Assembly: GCA_951406725.2 (NCBI GenBank)
Contig: OX597827.1
Span: 59,458,001 to 59,522,000, forward strand
Source: Octopus vulgaris
Lineage: Eukaryota
Length of the DNA: 64,000 nt
Reading direction: 5' to 3'
Shown: in pieces, positions 27,001 to 41,184 of the stretch
How the letters are laid out: the number at the start of each line of letters is the position of its first letter
Position numbering within the stretch: the first letter of the stretch is position 1
Notes under the pieces: generated by a model
The model's input: only the letters and a program-made list of their open reading frames with translations
Database searches by the model: none
Told to the model about the DNA's origin: nothing
Position numbers and translations under genes: made by a program

Positions 27001-27623
27001 AGAATAATCTGTTTTGCTATAAGCACAAGACTTGATATTTTAAGAGAGTGGGATAGGCAGTTACATCGACTCCCAGCTATTAACTGGTACTTATTTTATC
27101 AATTCTCGAAAGGATGAAAGGCAAAGTCGACCTCGGTGGAATTTGAACTCAGAACGAAATGAGCTCAAATTTCACTGATAATAAATACACAAGTAAATAA
27201 ACACAACAACAACAATAATAGAACGAGAGTGTTTGTTCTTCACATCAGATGCCGGATTCCTTACGACAATTTGAACCTCAGTACTTTCGTTGTAAGCAAG
27301 CGGTATGATCGTCAGCTGTATAAGGTTCCACTTGAGTTGCTTTTCTCTTTACTGTACAGACAGCCTTGACTCCCCAAGGTACCAATTATAAGGCCATGAA
27401 TGAAGCATCTTTGCCACGAACACACTCCAGCTACAAACTACCGCAAGAAAAAGACAAACCAAAACAAAACAAAACAAGAAACAAACAATTCAAAGAACTT
27501 CGCTACCTGAACCATATTCCAGTTACCAAAAGCTAATAAACATTTTTTCATACGACTTGGAATGGGTTAAAGTTTTTTTTTTCTGCGTGTGTGTAGACAA
27601 TGTGCATTTTTCTCAGTTTACAT

Positions 27624-27625
27624 AT

Positions 27626-27668
<43 letters not shown>

Positions 27669-27971
27669 TGCGCCCTTTTCAAGCCTAGCCAGGTTCATGG
27701 GCCCGGTATCCCAGTTTCTGTGGCGTATGTGTTTCCCCCAGCTGGACGGGGCGCCAGTCCTTCGCAGCGTCACTCAAGAAACAGGAAGAAAGAGTGAGAG
27801 AAAGTTGGGGCGAAAGAGTACAACAGGGGTCGCCACCACCCGCTGCCGGAGCCTCGTGGAGCTTTAGGTGTTTTCGCTCAATAAACACACATAACGCCCG
27901 GTCTGGGAATCGAAACCGCGATCCTCCGACCGCGAGTCCGCTGCCCTAACCACTGGGCCATTGCGCCTCCA
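27624..27971 (-). mobile_element. tRNA-derived SINE family B, tail type 1, (TAAA)n end
   Basis: Minus head tggaggcgcaatggcccagtggttagggcagcggactcgcggtcggaggatcgcggtttcgattcccagaccgggcg with box A TGGCCCAGTGG and box B GTTTCGATTCC. Confidence 0.92.
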
Positions 27972-28184
27972 CCAGTTCACATATAATATACGTTTTCTCT
28001 GTTCATATATAATGTTAACATTTATAAAAAGTACATTTTTTTCTTTGTTCATATATAAATCCGGTCATTACTACAAGAGATTACGTACTTAAACACACAT
28101 AGAAAAATGAAAAACTGATAGACAGACAGATAGACAAGTGTATATATTTTATTTTAGTTTTATTATAAGTTTAAATTAAACGAA

Positions 28185-28545
28185 TGAGCTGGCGTATGCC
28201 GAAGAAATTACTTAGCGGTATTTCTTCCGCTTTAGGTTTGAATGTCTCATGCCACTGTGGTCAACCTTGCTTGTCATACTAATGGGGTCAATAAATTAAG
28301 TACCAGTTGAGTACTGGGGTCTATTTAATCGATTCTCCTTCCCTAGAAAGGATTATGTTCTAAGAACAATGGCAAGATGGCAAAATCGTTAGAGCGTCGG
28401 ACAAAATGACTAGCGAATTTCTTTCGACTTATTGCATTGAGTTCAAATTCTGCTGAGGTTAACTTTGCCTTACATTCTTTCGAGGTCGATATAATAAGTT
28501 CCAGTCGTGCAATGCGGTCGATGTAATCGACTAACACCTCTCAAC
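28185..28545 (+). mobile_element. Two diverged tandem SINE family C copies
   Basis: gagctggc..cttagcggtatttc..ggggtcaataaattaagtaccag; atggcaaaatcgttagagcgtcggacaaaatg..gagttcaaattctgctgagg. Confidence 0.65.
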
Positions 28546-28559
28546 CTTACTATTAAAAT

Positions 28560-28675
28560 TGCTTTGGTCAGCCTGAGGCAAAAGTGGAAGACACTCGCCA
28601 AAGGTGCCACACCGTGGCACTGAACCCGGAACCATGTGTTGGGAGGCAAGCTTCTTACTGCGTAGCCATGCCTAC
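28560..28675 (-). mobile_element. SINE family A head
   Basis: gctttggtcagcctgaggc..gaagacactcgccaaaggtgccacaccgtggcactgaacccggaaccatgtg. Confidence 0.8.
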
Positions 28676-29229
28676 GAAAAAGCAAACTAATATTGACGTG
28701 CTGGTATGTGAATACAAATATGAGGATATAAAAATCGAGAAGGGTGTGAATAAAGAGCCCGAAATCATTATAAACATGAAGAATAACACTTAAATGACGG
28801 CTTACATAAGAAGAAATACCGGAATATATGTATCGAACGTATATATAGAAAACTGAAAGAAGATGCACACGGAAGCAGATAATAAAATATTAATTTGAAA
28901 GTAGTTTAAACTTTGCTGCAAACATTTTTCTGATAGGACAATTAGTGATTAGTTAAGAGGTATGTTTAATGTGTTGTAATTCAAGGTTAGAATAACAAAC
29001 TCTTCTAATTATGAAAGCATAGATCTATGGGAGCTATTGACATACGATGTAGCAATTGTCGCAGTTGACCATTTAATCCTGAAATCGTGTTTCGTTTGTC
29101 AATACGCACGAAGGAATATGAATGCATACGTACATAGATGCAGAGAGCATTCATGCATGCATACATACATACATACATGAATGCATACATACATACATAC
29201 ATACTATTTCTTTATTACCCACAAGGGGC

Positions 29230-29260
<31 letters not shown>

Positions 29261-29738
29261 CATACATACATACAGAGAGCATTCATGCATACATATTGTG
29301 CACGCATTTATGAATGCAAATATAAGATGTAAGACACAAAGATAGTAGTCTGGTAACGGAGTGAGCAACCAAGCAGTTCCGAGAGCCGCATTGAATTTCT
29401 TATCGGTGGAATTTGGTGGTTTTGTAAATGATATATGACGGCCGTCTTAGGTTTTTATGCCGTTATAATATTTGTGACCTTGGGTCACTTCAGAGAAAGT
29501 CACTATTAATTAGCACCCCACCCAAAATTTAAAAGTTTGTAGAGTTGATAGACTCTTTAGAGCGTCGGAAAAAAATTTCCTTGTGACATTTTTTCCAGCT
29601 CTACATTCCGAGTTGAAATCGCATTGAGTTCAACTTTGCTTTTCATTTCTTCCATGATGGATAAAATAAGTTCTATGTAAGTATTGAGGTCAAAGATATC
29701 AGCGAACCTTCTTTTCTGGAAGTTGTTGGCCTTTTACA

Positions 29739-29953
29739 TAACTATTTAGTATTCAGATTACACTGTCAAATGTAATCCTTATTTATTTACCTTGTTTTGA
29801 ATTAATCTTAGCTTCGAGATTTCAATGATGCGATTGTTTACTTTGTAGTATGATGTTGTAAGGTAGGTGTGAGAGGCTGGATCTGACTGGGTTGAGCATA
29901 AAATGGGTTGAATATTTGGGCCGGATATGACCAGTTTAAATACTAAAGGGTTA
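29739..29953. mobile_element. Putative piggyBac-type MITE
   Basis: Ends TAACTATTTAGTATT and AATACTAAAGGGTTA form a 15-bp TIR with 2 mismatches, resembling degenerate TTAA|CCC...GGG|TTAA termini. Non-coding interior. Confidence 0.55.
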
Positions 29954-29974
29954 GAATCCATTATATATTCATAG

Positions 29975-30291
29975 GTGGAATTGCAATGGCCCAGTGGTTA
30001 GGGCAGCGGACTCGCGGTCGGAGGATCGCGGTTTCGATTCCCAGACCGGGCATTGTGTGTGTTTATTGAGCGAAATCACCTAAAAGCTCCACGAGGCTCC
30101 GACAAGGGGTGGTGGTGACCCTTGTTGTACTCTTTCGTCACAACTTTCTTTCACTCTCTCTTCCTGTTTCTTGAGTAACGCTGCGATGGACTGGCGTCCC
30201 GTCCAGCTGGGGGGAACACATACGCCAGAAAAACCGGGAAACCGGGCCCATGAGCCTGGCTAGGCTTGAAAAGGGCGACGTTTATCGTTTA
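29975..30291 (+). mobile_element. SINE family B, tail type 1
   Basis: gcaatggcccagtggttagggcagcggactcgcggtcggaggatcgcggtttcgattccc...ctgcgatggactggcgtcccgtccagctgggggg...ggcttgaaaagggcg. Confidence 0.92.
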
Positions 30292-30815
30292 TATATTCGT
30301 AGATATTCATTCAGAAGTCAAGAGAAACTCTTCACGCGTTGCTCTCGTTGGATTATTTTCCTTTGTTGCGCCAGTGACTCTCACGTCAGGAGGTAAATGT
30401 GGGGAAAAAGGCTCGCTACCGAAATTCGGTAACGGATAAGGTTGCAAGATCACCATCGGCGTCACCGCTACCGCCAAACCAACCGACGCCAGCACCAGCA
30501 CCAGCACCACCACCACCAAAACCAACGCGACCATACCTCACACCACCACCACCACCACTCCTAATACCATGATTCTCACTACTAAACGCCAGCACGGCCA
30601 TCACCGTCTAAAAGTGCTGTCATTACCTTAACGCCACCAACAACTACACTCGCACGCCACCATCACCGCCACAGTAAACCACCACCACAACCATCACCAC
30701 TGTTACGCTGTGACTACGAGCGACCACTACTACCCTAACCGTCACAATCACAATCTCATTTCACACCACCGCCACCACAACAGCCAAAACAACAACAACA
30801 ACAATAACAACAGCA

Positions 30816-30877
<62 letters not shown>

Positions 30878-31192
30878 AACTACTACTACAACTCCCACCG
30901 TTTTCACTCTTGGCATCAGCTTTCACCTTTACCTCCTGAAAATCTTGCCACTTCTTGCACGCATCGCGTTCCCACACCCCACCATTCTTTCTCTGACTTT
31001 CTCTCTCGCAATATACACACGCGCAATGAAAGAACACACACACACACACACACACACATACAAGCAAACACACACACACGCACACACATATGTATCTGAA
31101 TATGTATATATAAATATATATATACATATATATATATATATATGTATATATGCATATGTAAATATATATACATATATATATATGTGTGCGTG

Positions 31193-31230
<38 letters not shown>

Positions 31231-32004
31231 TATTCACAAACATACATGCGCACAGAAGCACATACAGTGACAGAACATAATACACGCATACATTCATACA
31301 CACGGATACAAACCATACGCACACACACGAAGACATACACACACACACACACACACTCACACTCATAAATATACACGCAGACCAGACAGAAATACTATAC
31401 CCTAACCAATTCTATTAGCAGGAACGGGGAAACCGTCGGCTTTCAAAGACAGTTCCACATTGTCACTATCTGAGGTTCTCACTGATCAAACACACACACA
31501 CACACACAAGTAAGTACTCAGACACACGAACGCATATCCCCATACATACGCAGATACATTATGCACACACACACATACACACACACACACACACAAATAT
31601 ATATACATACATATACATACATATATATATGTAATATACATATATATACTATAATATATATATAAATAATATATGTACACATACATACATACCTATACAC
31701 ATACACACATACATACACATATACATATATAATTATACATACACAGACACACGCACACACACATATATATATACATATATATACATTTAAAAAAATAGAT
31801 ATATATAACAGACACATATACACATACGTACACATATACATATATATTTATACATACACACACACATGCACACACACACACATATATATATACATATATA
31901 CATATATACATATATATATATATATACATTTAAATAAAAATATATATATATAATAGACACATACACATATATATTCATACATACACACACACATATATAT
32001 ACAC

Positions 32005-32050
<46 letters not shown>

Positions 32051-32157
32051 TATACATTTAAATAAATAAATATATATAATAGACACATACACACATATAT
32101 GCGTACATCCATAAACATTAGAGATGCTAGAAACCGGATATCAAACAATGAACTGTG

Positions 32158-32192
<35 letters not shown>

Positions 32193-32295
32193 GATATATG
32201 CACATTCACATAACTACAAGCGTACAAAATATATGTACGCATGTATCTCTCTCTCTCTATGTGTGCGTGTGTGTGTATTCGGGTGTGAGTAGGTG

Positions 32296-32382
<87 letters not shown>

Positions 32383-32544
32383 GATATGTATGCATACATA
32401 TAGGTTATATATGTACGTACGTATATATTTGTGTTCATATATATGTGTGTATATATATATGTACACAATATATATACATATACATTCAGATATGCATATA
32501 TAAAATATATTTGTGTGTGTGAGTGGGTGCGGGTGTATGTGTGC

Positions 32545-32593
<49 letters not shown>

Positions 32594-32601
32594 ATATATA
32601 C

Positions 32602-32685
<84 letters not shown>

Positions 32686-32744
32686 ATATATACATATACA
32701 TATATATATATATACATATATATATATATGTATACATATACATA

Positions 32745-32778
<34 letters not shown>

Positions 32779-32780
32779 CA

Positions 32781-32811
<31 letters not shown>

Positions 32812-32817
32812 ACATAC

Positions 32818-32874
<57 letters not shown>

Positions 32875-32879
32875 CATAC

Positions 32880-32930
<51 letters not shown>

Positions 32931-33097
32931 CATATATATATACATATATATATTGTCATATAGATATATATATATATGCATGCGTACTAAAATCGCACAT
33001 ATATATATACATGTGCATTTCACAGACCTATGTATATGCAATTACAAAAGCGTATGCGCGCACACACCCACATACAAACCTTCCCTCCCCGCACGCA

Positions 33098-33146
<49 letters not shown>

Positions 33147-33660
33147 CAAGTGTCTAAGAGGGAGGATGGGTTGAGATAGAGGGTCCGCTTTCTCGTATCT
33201 GGTTTTGACATCTCAATTAATAGTGTTACTTTTGGGAGCAGTGCTATGATGATGGCGGTGGCGGTGGTGGTGGTGGTGGTGGTGGTGGCGATGTGGTGTA
33301 GCAGGGTGGATGTGACGGGCATAGGGAGGTGGTATGAAGCCGGGTGGTAGAGGGGACTGGGGGTGAGGCGTGGAGAGAATACGTGGGGGAATATGTGCAG
33401 TGGGTGGGAGATGTACTGGAATAACTGTAAGGATTTACGTTCTAAGGGTGCTGAGGAATTTCAGCGCTCTTTTCAAAATCCTTGTTTCTTTTTGTGTTTT
33501 GTTGTTTTTTTTTACTATGAAAATAAATATACTTACACACACAGAGAAACACACACACACATGCATGTATATGTGTATGTATATAGATATACTTATTTTT
33601 GTGTATGTATATGAATATATAAATACTTCTATGTGCAGATACTTCTTATAATCTATGTAC

Positions 33661-33691
<31 letters not shown>

Positions 33692-33811
33692 TGTATGTAT
33701 GTATGTATGTATGTATGTATGCATGCATCTCTCTCTCTATCTATCTGTCTGTCTGTCTGCCTCTATACATACATACACGCACACATACATATACATACAT
33801 ACACACACACA

Positions 33812-33939
<128 letters not shown>

Positions 33940-33961
33940 CGTCTGTCTGCCTGTCTGCCTG

Positions 33962-34040
<79 letters not shown>

Positions 34041-34680
34041 GTATATATACATATATACATACATGCGTGTGTACATTCATAAACACACATACATACGTGC
34101 ACGCTCATTCATTCACAGATGTACATGCATGAGCACAATCCCTACCGCCACACACACACACACACACACACAGAATAGTAAAACTGCAGCTTTCATACAA
34201 TGAGCCAATAACAGCGCCTGTGTGAAATCACTATTCCATTGCAAAAGAGTAACCAAATCTCCTTCAAATCGCATTTTAAATCTAGCATCTTAAAAATGGG
34301 AGTAGACGCAGTTACAGCATCGTACTAGATAACACTGTGTATAAAACTACAAAGACGGAATAGTTTAGCAGTAACATCTTTGATTTTGGGTGTCCCCGAT
34401 CAGCTCTGACCTAGGTTTAAACAACTATAACAACAATATGTTTATACACATGTATCAAATTATAAATAGAGACATACAAACTCACACATGCATATGCTAA
34501 CATAAACACCGACAAGACGTATATGTATGCATGTGCGTGTGCATGTATGTATGTATGTATGTATGTATGTATGTATGTATGTATGTATGTATGCATGCAT
34601 GTATGTATGTATGTATGTATGTATGCATGCATGTATGTATGTATGCATGTATGTATTTATGTTTGTATGTATGTATGCAT

Positions 34681-34787
34681 GTCATTATTCGGTTTTATTT
34701 CAAGATTTCTTGCCAATAGAGAAAGAGCCGGTTTCTAACCTAGATCCAAGGCTCTTTCATTGGAATTTTAACATCAACAACAGAGTT
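34681..34787 (-). mobile_element. Second copy of the 3' terminus of the (CATA)n-associated RLE element
   Basis: About 107 bp, near-identical to 34869-34975, with TATG arrays on both sides. Confidence 0.85.
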
Positions 34788-34868
34788 TGTATGTATGTAT
34801 GTATGTATGTATGTATGTATGTATGTATGTATGTATGTATGTACGTATGTATGTATGTATGTACGTAT

Positions 34869-35450
34869 GTCATTATTCAGTTTTATTTCAAGATTTCTTA
34901 CCAACAGAGAAAGAGCCGGTTTCTAACCTAGATCCAAGGCTTCTTCATTGGAATTTCAACAACAACAACAGGGTACTTTTGTATGTATATATGTATTTAT
35001 GTATGTAGATGTACAAATTTACCTTTTTTAGGTATATATTCTCATGCATATAGTTGCATATCTAGACATGCTCATATATACTTAAATGATAAACTCCTGT
35101 AAAGTTTTACAGAGTTTTACAGTTCCAGTGATGGTTTGTAATCTTCGGATCAGCTTTCTCCTTCCTGGTTTTGAGAAGCCTAATTTCTCAAGATTGGTAT
35201 TTAGGCAGTGTGTCACATATGCCAGAGCCCTAATGATTACAGTTATAAACCTGAACATGTAATCTAGATAGAGTAACTGCAAATTTCTCAATAGTTTAGC
35301 GTAGGAGTTCTCTTTTTCACTTATCTTCAGCTTTATGTTAATAACCGCTGGGCAGCTGATTTCCACAACTGTACACAGTTTCTCATCTCTATCCCAAATC
35401 ATTTTGTCAGGTCTATTGCGTTTACATTTTATTGAGGTTTTCACTGGGTT
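34869..35450 (-). mobile_element. 5'-truncated RLE-type (R4-like) non-LTR retrotransposon in (TATG/CATA)n
   Basis: ORF 35082..35501 contains KTSIKCKRNRPDKMIWDRDEKLCTVVEISCPAVINIKLKISEKENSYAKLLRNLQLLY...VIIRALAYV, a degenerate PD..E.SCP...K..EK..Y and PVIIGALG motif set. A 3'UTR and (CATA)n follow, and a TATG repeat also lies at the 5' junction (35451-35463). Confidence 0.8.
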
Positions 35451-35597
35451 ATGTATGTATGTAATATACGCACATACACATCCATCCATCCATCCACCCA
35501 ACTATAATACATATATCAAAACAGGAAATTGTGGAAATTGTTGGGTATCGTTTATTCACCATTACACATTTGCCAAAAGGAATTACAAAGCTGTATA

Positions 35598-35901
35598 TTG
35601 TTTGTTCCTTCTCGAGCCATGCCTGGTTCTTAAGGGCCGGTTTCCCAGTTTCCTTGGCGTATAGGTTCCCCACCTGGACGGGACGCCGGCCCGTCGCAGG
35701 TGAGCTGCAAGATGCAGGAAGAAAGAGTGAGAGAAAGTTGTGGCGAAAGAGTCAGCAAAAGTTCGCCATTACCTTCTGCTGGAGCCGCGTAGTGCATAGG
35801 TGTTTCGCTCATAAACACACACATCGCCCGGTCTGAGATTCGACTCGCGATCCCTCGACCGCGAGTCCGCTTGCTCTAACCACTAGGCCATGTGCCTCCA
35901 C
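35598..35901 (-). mobile_element. SINE family B variant (tail 1', (ACAA)n end)
   Basis: Minus head tggaggcacatggcctagtggttagagcaagcggactcgcggtcgagggatcgcgagtcgaatctcagaccgggcg; near-identical to 62603-62893. Confidence 0.9.
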
Positions 35902-36200
35902 TAAAGCTGTATATGTCGGATAAACATGTTAGAAGTTTACTATTAGAAATGAATTTCTAATGAACTTTTAATAGGGAATTTCTTACATGTTTATGGGACA
36001 TGTACAGTTTTGTAATTCGTATTAGCAAATGAAACATATGTAATGGGAATAAATAATACCGCAAAATTTTTCCAGCTCCTGTTTTTTTTATATAATAACT
36101 CAAGTGACAATATTTCCAGAATTTTCAACTGTAATATGTGTTTCACATCAATACAATTACATACTGGATTGTAATACTGGAATAAGCAGATATGATTTGG

Positions 36201-36273
36201 TATATATGTAAATAAATTTATTAAAAAAATTCCAAATTTTTCAAATTTAGGTGGATTTTCAACAACAAATTTT

Positions 36274-36307
<34 letters not shown>

Positions 36308-36371
36308 CAAATTTTTTTTGAAAATGCATCTAAATTTGAAAAATTTGGAATGTTTTTAAAATAAATTTATT

Positions 36372-36380
<9 letters not shown>
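36201..36380. repeat. ~180-bp imperfect palindrome centred on (TA)15
   Basis: 36201-36275 is the near-perfect reverse complement of 36306-36380 (tgtaaataaatttatt..ttccaaatttttcaaatttag..attttcaa). Confidence 0.88.
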
Positions 36381-36414
<34 letters not shown>

Positions 36415-36418
36415 ATAC

Positions 36419-36518
<100 letters not shown>

Positions 36519-36519
36519 G

Positions 36520-36598
<79 letters not shown>

Positions 36599-37025
36599 AT
36601 GCGTATACACACATGCACACATAGATTTCGAACTACATACAAACATTCATTATACATTAGAATATACGTCTATGTATGTCCACAGCATGTTATTCCCTAT
36701 ACAATTATTTACAGCCCGTAACAAATGACTCCTACCATTCAACCAAATTGTACCAATGCACGTCCATCCGAATATACATGCATACACACACGCTCGCGCG
36801 CGCGCGTGTTAGAGATTCATAAAGCATTTGACAGATATCATGATAGAGGCACATACGATAATTAACCGACTCTGCTTACGTGCACGCGCAAATGCACACA
36901 TTCACACATGCACAAACACATACGCATACACACAAACCCATATACATACACATAAATGCGACTGATTGCATCTTTCTGTCTTTCTGTCTGTCTGTCTACC
37001 CACCTACCAACCTAACTATCTATCC

Positions 37026-37089
<64 letters not shown>

Positions 37090-37111
37090 GTCTGTCTGTC
37101 TGTCTGTCTGC

Positions 37112-37176
<65 letters not shown>

Positions 37177-37193
37177 CCTTTCTATCTATCTGC

Positions 37194-37350
<157 letters not shown>

Positions 37351-37836
37351 AATCCATCTCTCTCTCTCTGTCTGTCTGTCTATCTGTCTGTCTGTCTGTC
37401 CTTTTAGGCATTTATGTACATCGTGTGTGTTTGAGTGTTTGTGTGTGTGTGTATGTGTGTGTCCATGTTTGTAGTTGGCTACATGTATGCGCACACATGC
37501 ACACACGAGCGCACACGCTCATGCTAGCAGACGCTTGCATACACATTGTAAAACTCCCATTACGAAATATAAAAGACCACATAATTAAATGACAGAAGTG
37601 CGCATGTCACTTGTCAGACGTCATCGTGAACAGTATATGGAAGACCCCTGGGATCATATCTGCATGCGAAGGGAGTGGGTTAGCGGATAAGTGATGATGG
37701 TTGTATGTCGAGACCTTGGTTGGAAATGGTGCATAATGGTTGTGTTCTGAAAATAGGTTTTAAATGGCTTCAGTGACTCTTGTAGAAATGGAGAAGTTAA
37801 ATAGATAGATAGATTAGATAGATAGATAAGCGGATG

Positions 37837-37891
<55 letters not shown>

Positions 37892-38023
37892 TGATAAAAT
37901 GAATGAGAGTGAGCCAGAGAAAAGCGAGAGAGAGAGAGAGAGAGAGAGCGTGAGAGAGAGAGGACAGAAACATGGGGAAAAAAGGATATGTGTGTGTGTG
38001 TGTGCGTGCGTGTGTGTGTTGAA

Positions 38024-38055
<32 letters not shown>

Positions 38056-38547
38056 TGTGAGAAACAGAGGAAGAAGGTGAGAGACAATGAGAAAAAGAAA
38101 TATACACAGAAAGAGAGTGAGGGAAAGGAAAATGGACTTATCAAAGTTGATGTAATGCCACCTACAGATGATGATGATGATGAGGAGACTGTAGGAAAGG
38201 GAACAGGAGGCAGAAGATGAGTGAGGGAGAGAAAGAGAGAGAGAGAACGAGGGGGAAGAATACGAGAGGGCGGAAGAGAAGGAGAGAGAGAGTGAGAGAG
38301 AGAGAGGATGAGGAGGAGACGGAGTAGGAGGAATGTTAAGGAGGAGTGATTGGTTGGTGATCTCCATTTAAAAGGTTCAGACTTACAATAAGGCAATCAC
38401 TGGTCCCACATTAAATTGATAACTGTGGCGTTCCCTCATCCCCACCGTCGAATTGAGCTAATCAGAGGTTAAAGTTCCCTACCGAACCAATCCGAAACGC
38501 TAGATACTGTATTGAACACCATTTCTCTTAATCATGTCTTAATGTCG

Positions 38548-38592
<45 letters not shown>

Positions 38593-38619
38593 TATATATA
38601 TATATCACTTGATATTAAA

Positions 38620-39110
38620 TTACATGCTGGTGATTGGTCTGTTTCCACAGATGATTGCCATCTTTGTGCTTACTCGTTGTCCATGCCATTTCTGACTTTC
38701 TGTCCATGACCTCTCAGGTGATTATTTAGTCCCGCTACACTTCTGCATGGTTTGAAGCGTGACAGACGAAAGACTTAATTTCCACTGAATCGATTGGGTC
38801 ACTTTGTGGGATATAAGCTTTATGTACAAGTATAAGTCTTTTCAGACCTGAAATCGATTTACATACGTTGAATTACCTGGTCAAAGGAAGAGGACATTGT
38901 ATAAAGCTGGCCTTTCATGAGACTTCAAATGGTTGACATAACCAGCATTAGAAATGAGTACATGGCTACACGTTTCACACCTCAAGTACGCTTTGACCTA
39001 ATTGAGGTTCTGGTGACAACCCTTCCATAACCGACACTTTAGCCTTTCGCGCTCAAGGCAACCCTTCTTCAAAAGTTATATGCAAGAAGGGTCATGCATA
39101 CATGTCCACA
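38620..39110 (-). mobile_element. Decayed RTE-like LINE 3' end with two C2H2 zinc fingers
   Basis: Minus frames: TFEEG-CLERERLKCRLWKG...LRCETCSHVLISNAGYVNHLKSHE (38917-38979), then FVCHA(frameshift)KPCRSVAGLNNHLRGH (38706-38765). FEE..R..K followed by CxxC...S.AGL..H...H is typical of RTE-type ORF ends. Contains stops and frameshifts. Confidence 0.65.
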
Positions 39111-39245
39111 ACGAAATTTAATTCAATTAAATTAGAGATTACAAATTTGAAGTAATTGTCAACCGTTCCCCCACAGACCCCTATCTGGTTCTTATTACAT
39201 CGTCATTTGGGGGAATGAAAAATACAACGCGCTACCCACAAGAGA

Positions 39246-39629
39246 GGAAGCACTCCGTCGGTTACGACGATGAGGGTTCCGGTTGATCCGAATCAACGGA
39301 ACAGCCTGCTCGTGAAATTAACGTGTAAGTGGCTGAGCACTCCACAGAGACGTGTACCCTTAACGTAGTTCTCGGGGATATTCAGCGTGACACAGAGAGT
39401 GACAAGGCCGGCCCCTTGAAATACAGGTACAACAGAAACAGGAAGTAAGAGTGAGTGAAAGTTGTGATGAAAGGTAACAGCAGGGATCACCACCATCCCC
39501 TGCCGGAGCCTCGTGGAGCTTTTAGGTGTTTTCGCTCAATAAACACTCACAACGCCCGGTCTGGGAATCGAAACCGCGATCCTATGACCGCGAGTCCGCT
39601 ACCCTAACCACTGGGCCATTGCGCCTCCA
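39246..39629 (-). mobile_element. SINE family B, tail type 2
   Basis: Same head and body as 27624-27971 up to aagagtgagtgaaag, then an unrelated tail (ggccggccttgtcactc...gtgctcagccacttacacgttaatttcacgagc...gtcgtaaccgacggagtgcttcc). Confidence 0.9.
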
Positions 39630-39809
39630 GCTACCCACAAGAACCAAAGGAACAAACCAAACCCCAAATGCCGACTGTGCTCGAGAATTTAATGTTGAAC
39701 GGAGAGGGACGGGTCTAAATGCTGTGATTGTGATTTAGCTGCGGGTCAGCGCTGATAGACCAAACCTATTAGGAAAAACTACATGTTGTGTTCATCTGTT
39801 CTGTTGTAT

Positions 39810-40105
39810 ATCTTTTATCGTTTATCAGTTTTTGTCATGAGACTGCAGCTATGCTGGGTGAATGTTGTTTCGGGGACGTAAACATACTAGCATTGGTTGT
39901 CAAGCGATGGTAGGAGACAAACACAAATACATATACACATATATAGTACGGGTTTCTTTCAGTTTCCGTCTACCAAATGCATTCACAAGTCTTTGGTTGG
40001 TTCGGGGCTATAACAGAAGAGGCTTGCTCAAGGTACTACGCAGTGGAACTGAAACTGGAACCATGTCATTGGGAAGCAAGCTTTTTACCACACAACCACA
40101 TTTGC
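39810..40105 (-). mobile_element. SINE family A with internal deletion
   Basis: gagactgcagctatgctggg..ggggacgtaaac..cagtttccgtctaccaaatg..ggaagcaagctttttaccacaca. Confidence 0.8.
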
Positions 40106-40107
40106 AA

Positions 40108-40145
<38 letters not shown>

Positions 40146-40662
40146 ACAGACACACACACGCACGCACATACACATACATAGATACATACACACATACATT
40201 CACATACATATGTACATACAAACGTACACATACACACACCTGTAGAAATATTGAATTACCTTAAGATACCCCCTACCCAAAGGAAAAACTCAACAAAAAA
40301 CAAAGCCAACAAACAACAATAAAAAGAATATTCATTTTAATTATTACGTTCCTCGGTACTTAAACGCCACTTTTTTAATTCATTAAATTAACAGCTAATT
40401 AACCTTAATACTACTTAATCTCTTTTCTTCTATTTTAGTTCATTTAATTCATTTATTTATAGTAAATTCCGACCCTCCATCCCTGCCAACCACCCATATT
40501 TTGTCCTATACAATGATCACATATGACAATCCGATTGCAGCACACCTCACTACCCATGATTCCCCATTCATCTCATAACACTCATTATCGAAAGAACGAC
40601 AAAGGATATCTGTGTGTATGCATGTGTGTGTGAGTATATATGCATACACACAAACGCCCCAC

Positions 40663-40721
<59 letters not shown>

Positions 40722-41184
40722 ACGTTTAATGACACACACGTACACACACACGTACACACACGTGCACACACGAATAAAGAGTAAAAGTAGTTAGAAGAAT
40801 ATAGGCAGGGCGTTCACAACTCCTTTTTTTCCATAGGATATGGATGTTGGTCGGTACTTCCACGAAGGTACAGGATTTTAGTTAAAATCCCAGGTAAATT
40901 CAGGCAGTATTTTAGCAGTTTTCTGAATAATATATTCATGGAAGTACCGACTAACATCCTTATCTTCTGGAATATGTTGACGTCAAAAGAATTTACAAAC
41001 ATTCGTGAGAACGTCAAGCAATTCTTTCTTCTTTTTAAAACATGAGATCTCGAAGTACATAAAGCTATAAAGAACAGTATGAAAATATTGGGTTTTAAAA
41101 CTTCTTTCTATCACAAAGTATTTACATGAAATTATTTATAGCTCTATGTGGCTTGAGATTCCACACATATGCGCGCGCACACAC

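Noticed and set aside
26650-27160. CRISPR-like or regularly spaced direct repeats (aaggatgaaaggcaaagtcgacctcgg three times)
   Set aside because: These are tandem SINE C bodies in a eukaryotic context, with no unique spacers and no cas genes.
38706-38979. C2H2 zinc-finger motifs as exons of a host zinc-finger gene (a family expanded in octopus)
   Set aside because: No TGEKP linkers, stops and frameshifts are present, and the upstream FEE..R..K segment fits an RTE-like LINE C-terminus.
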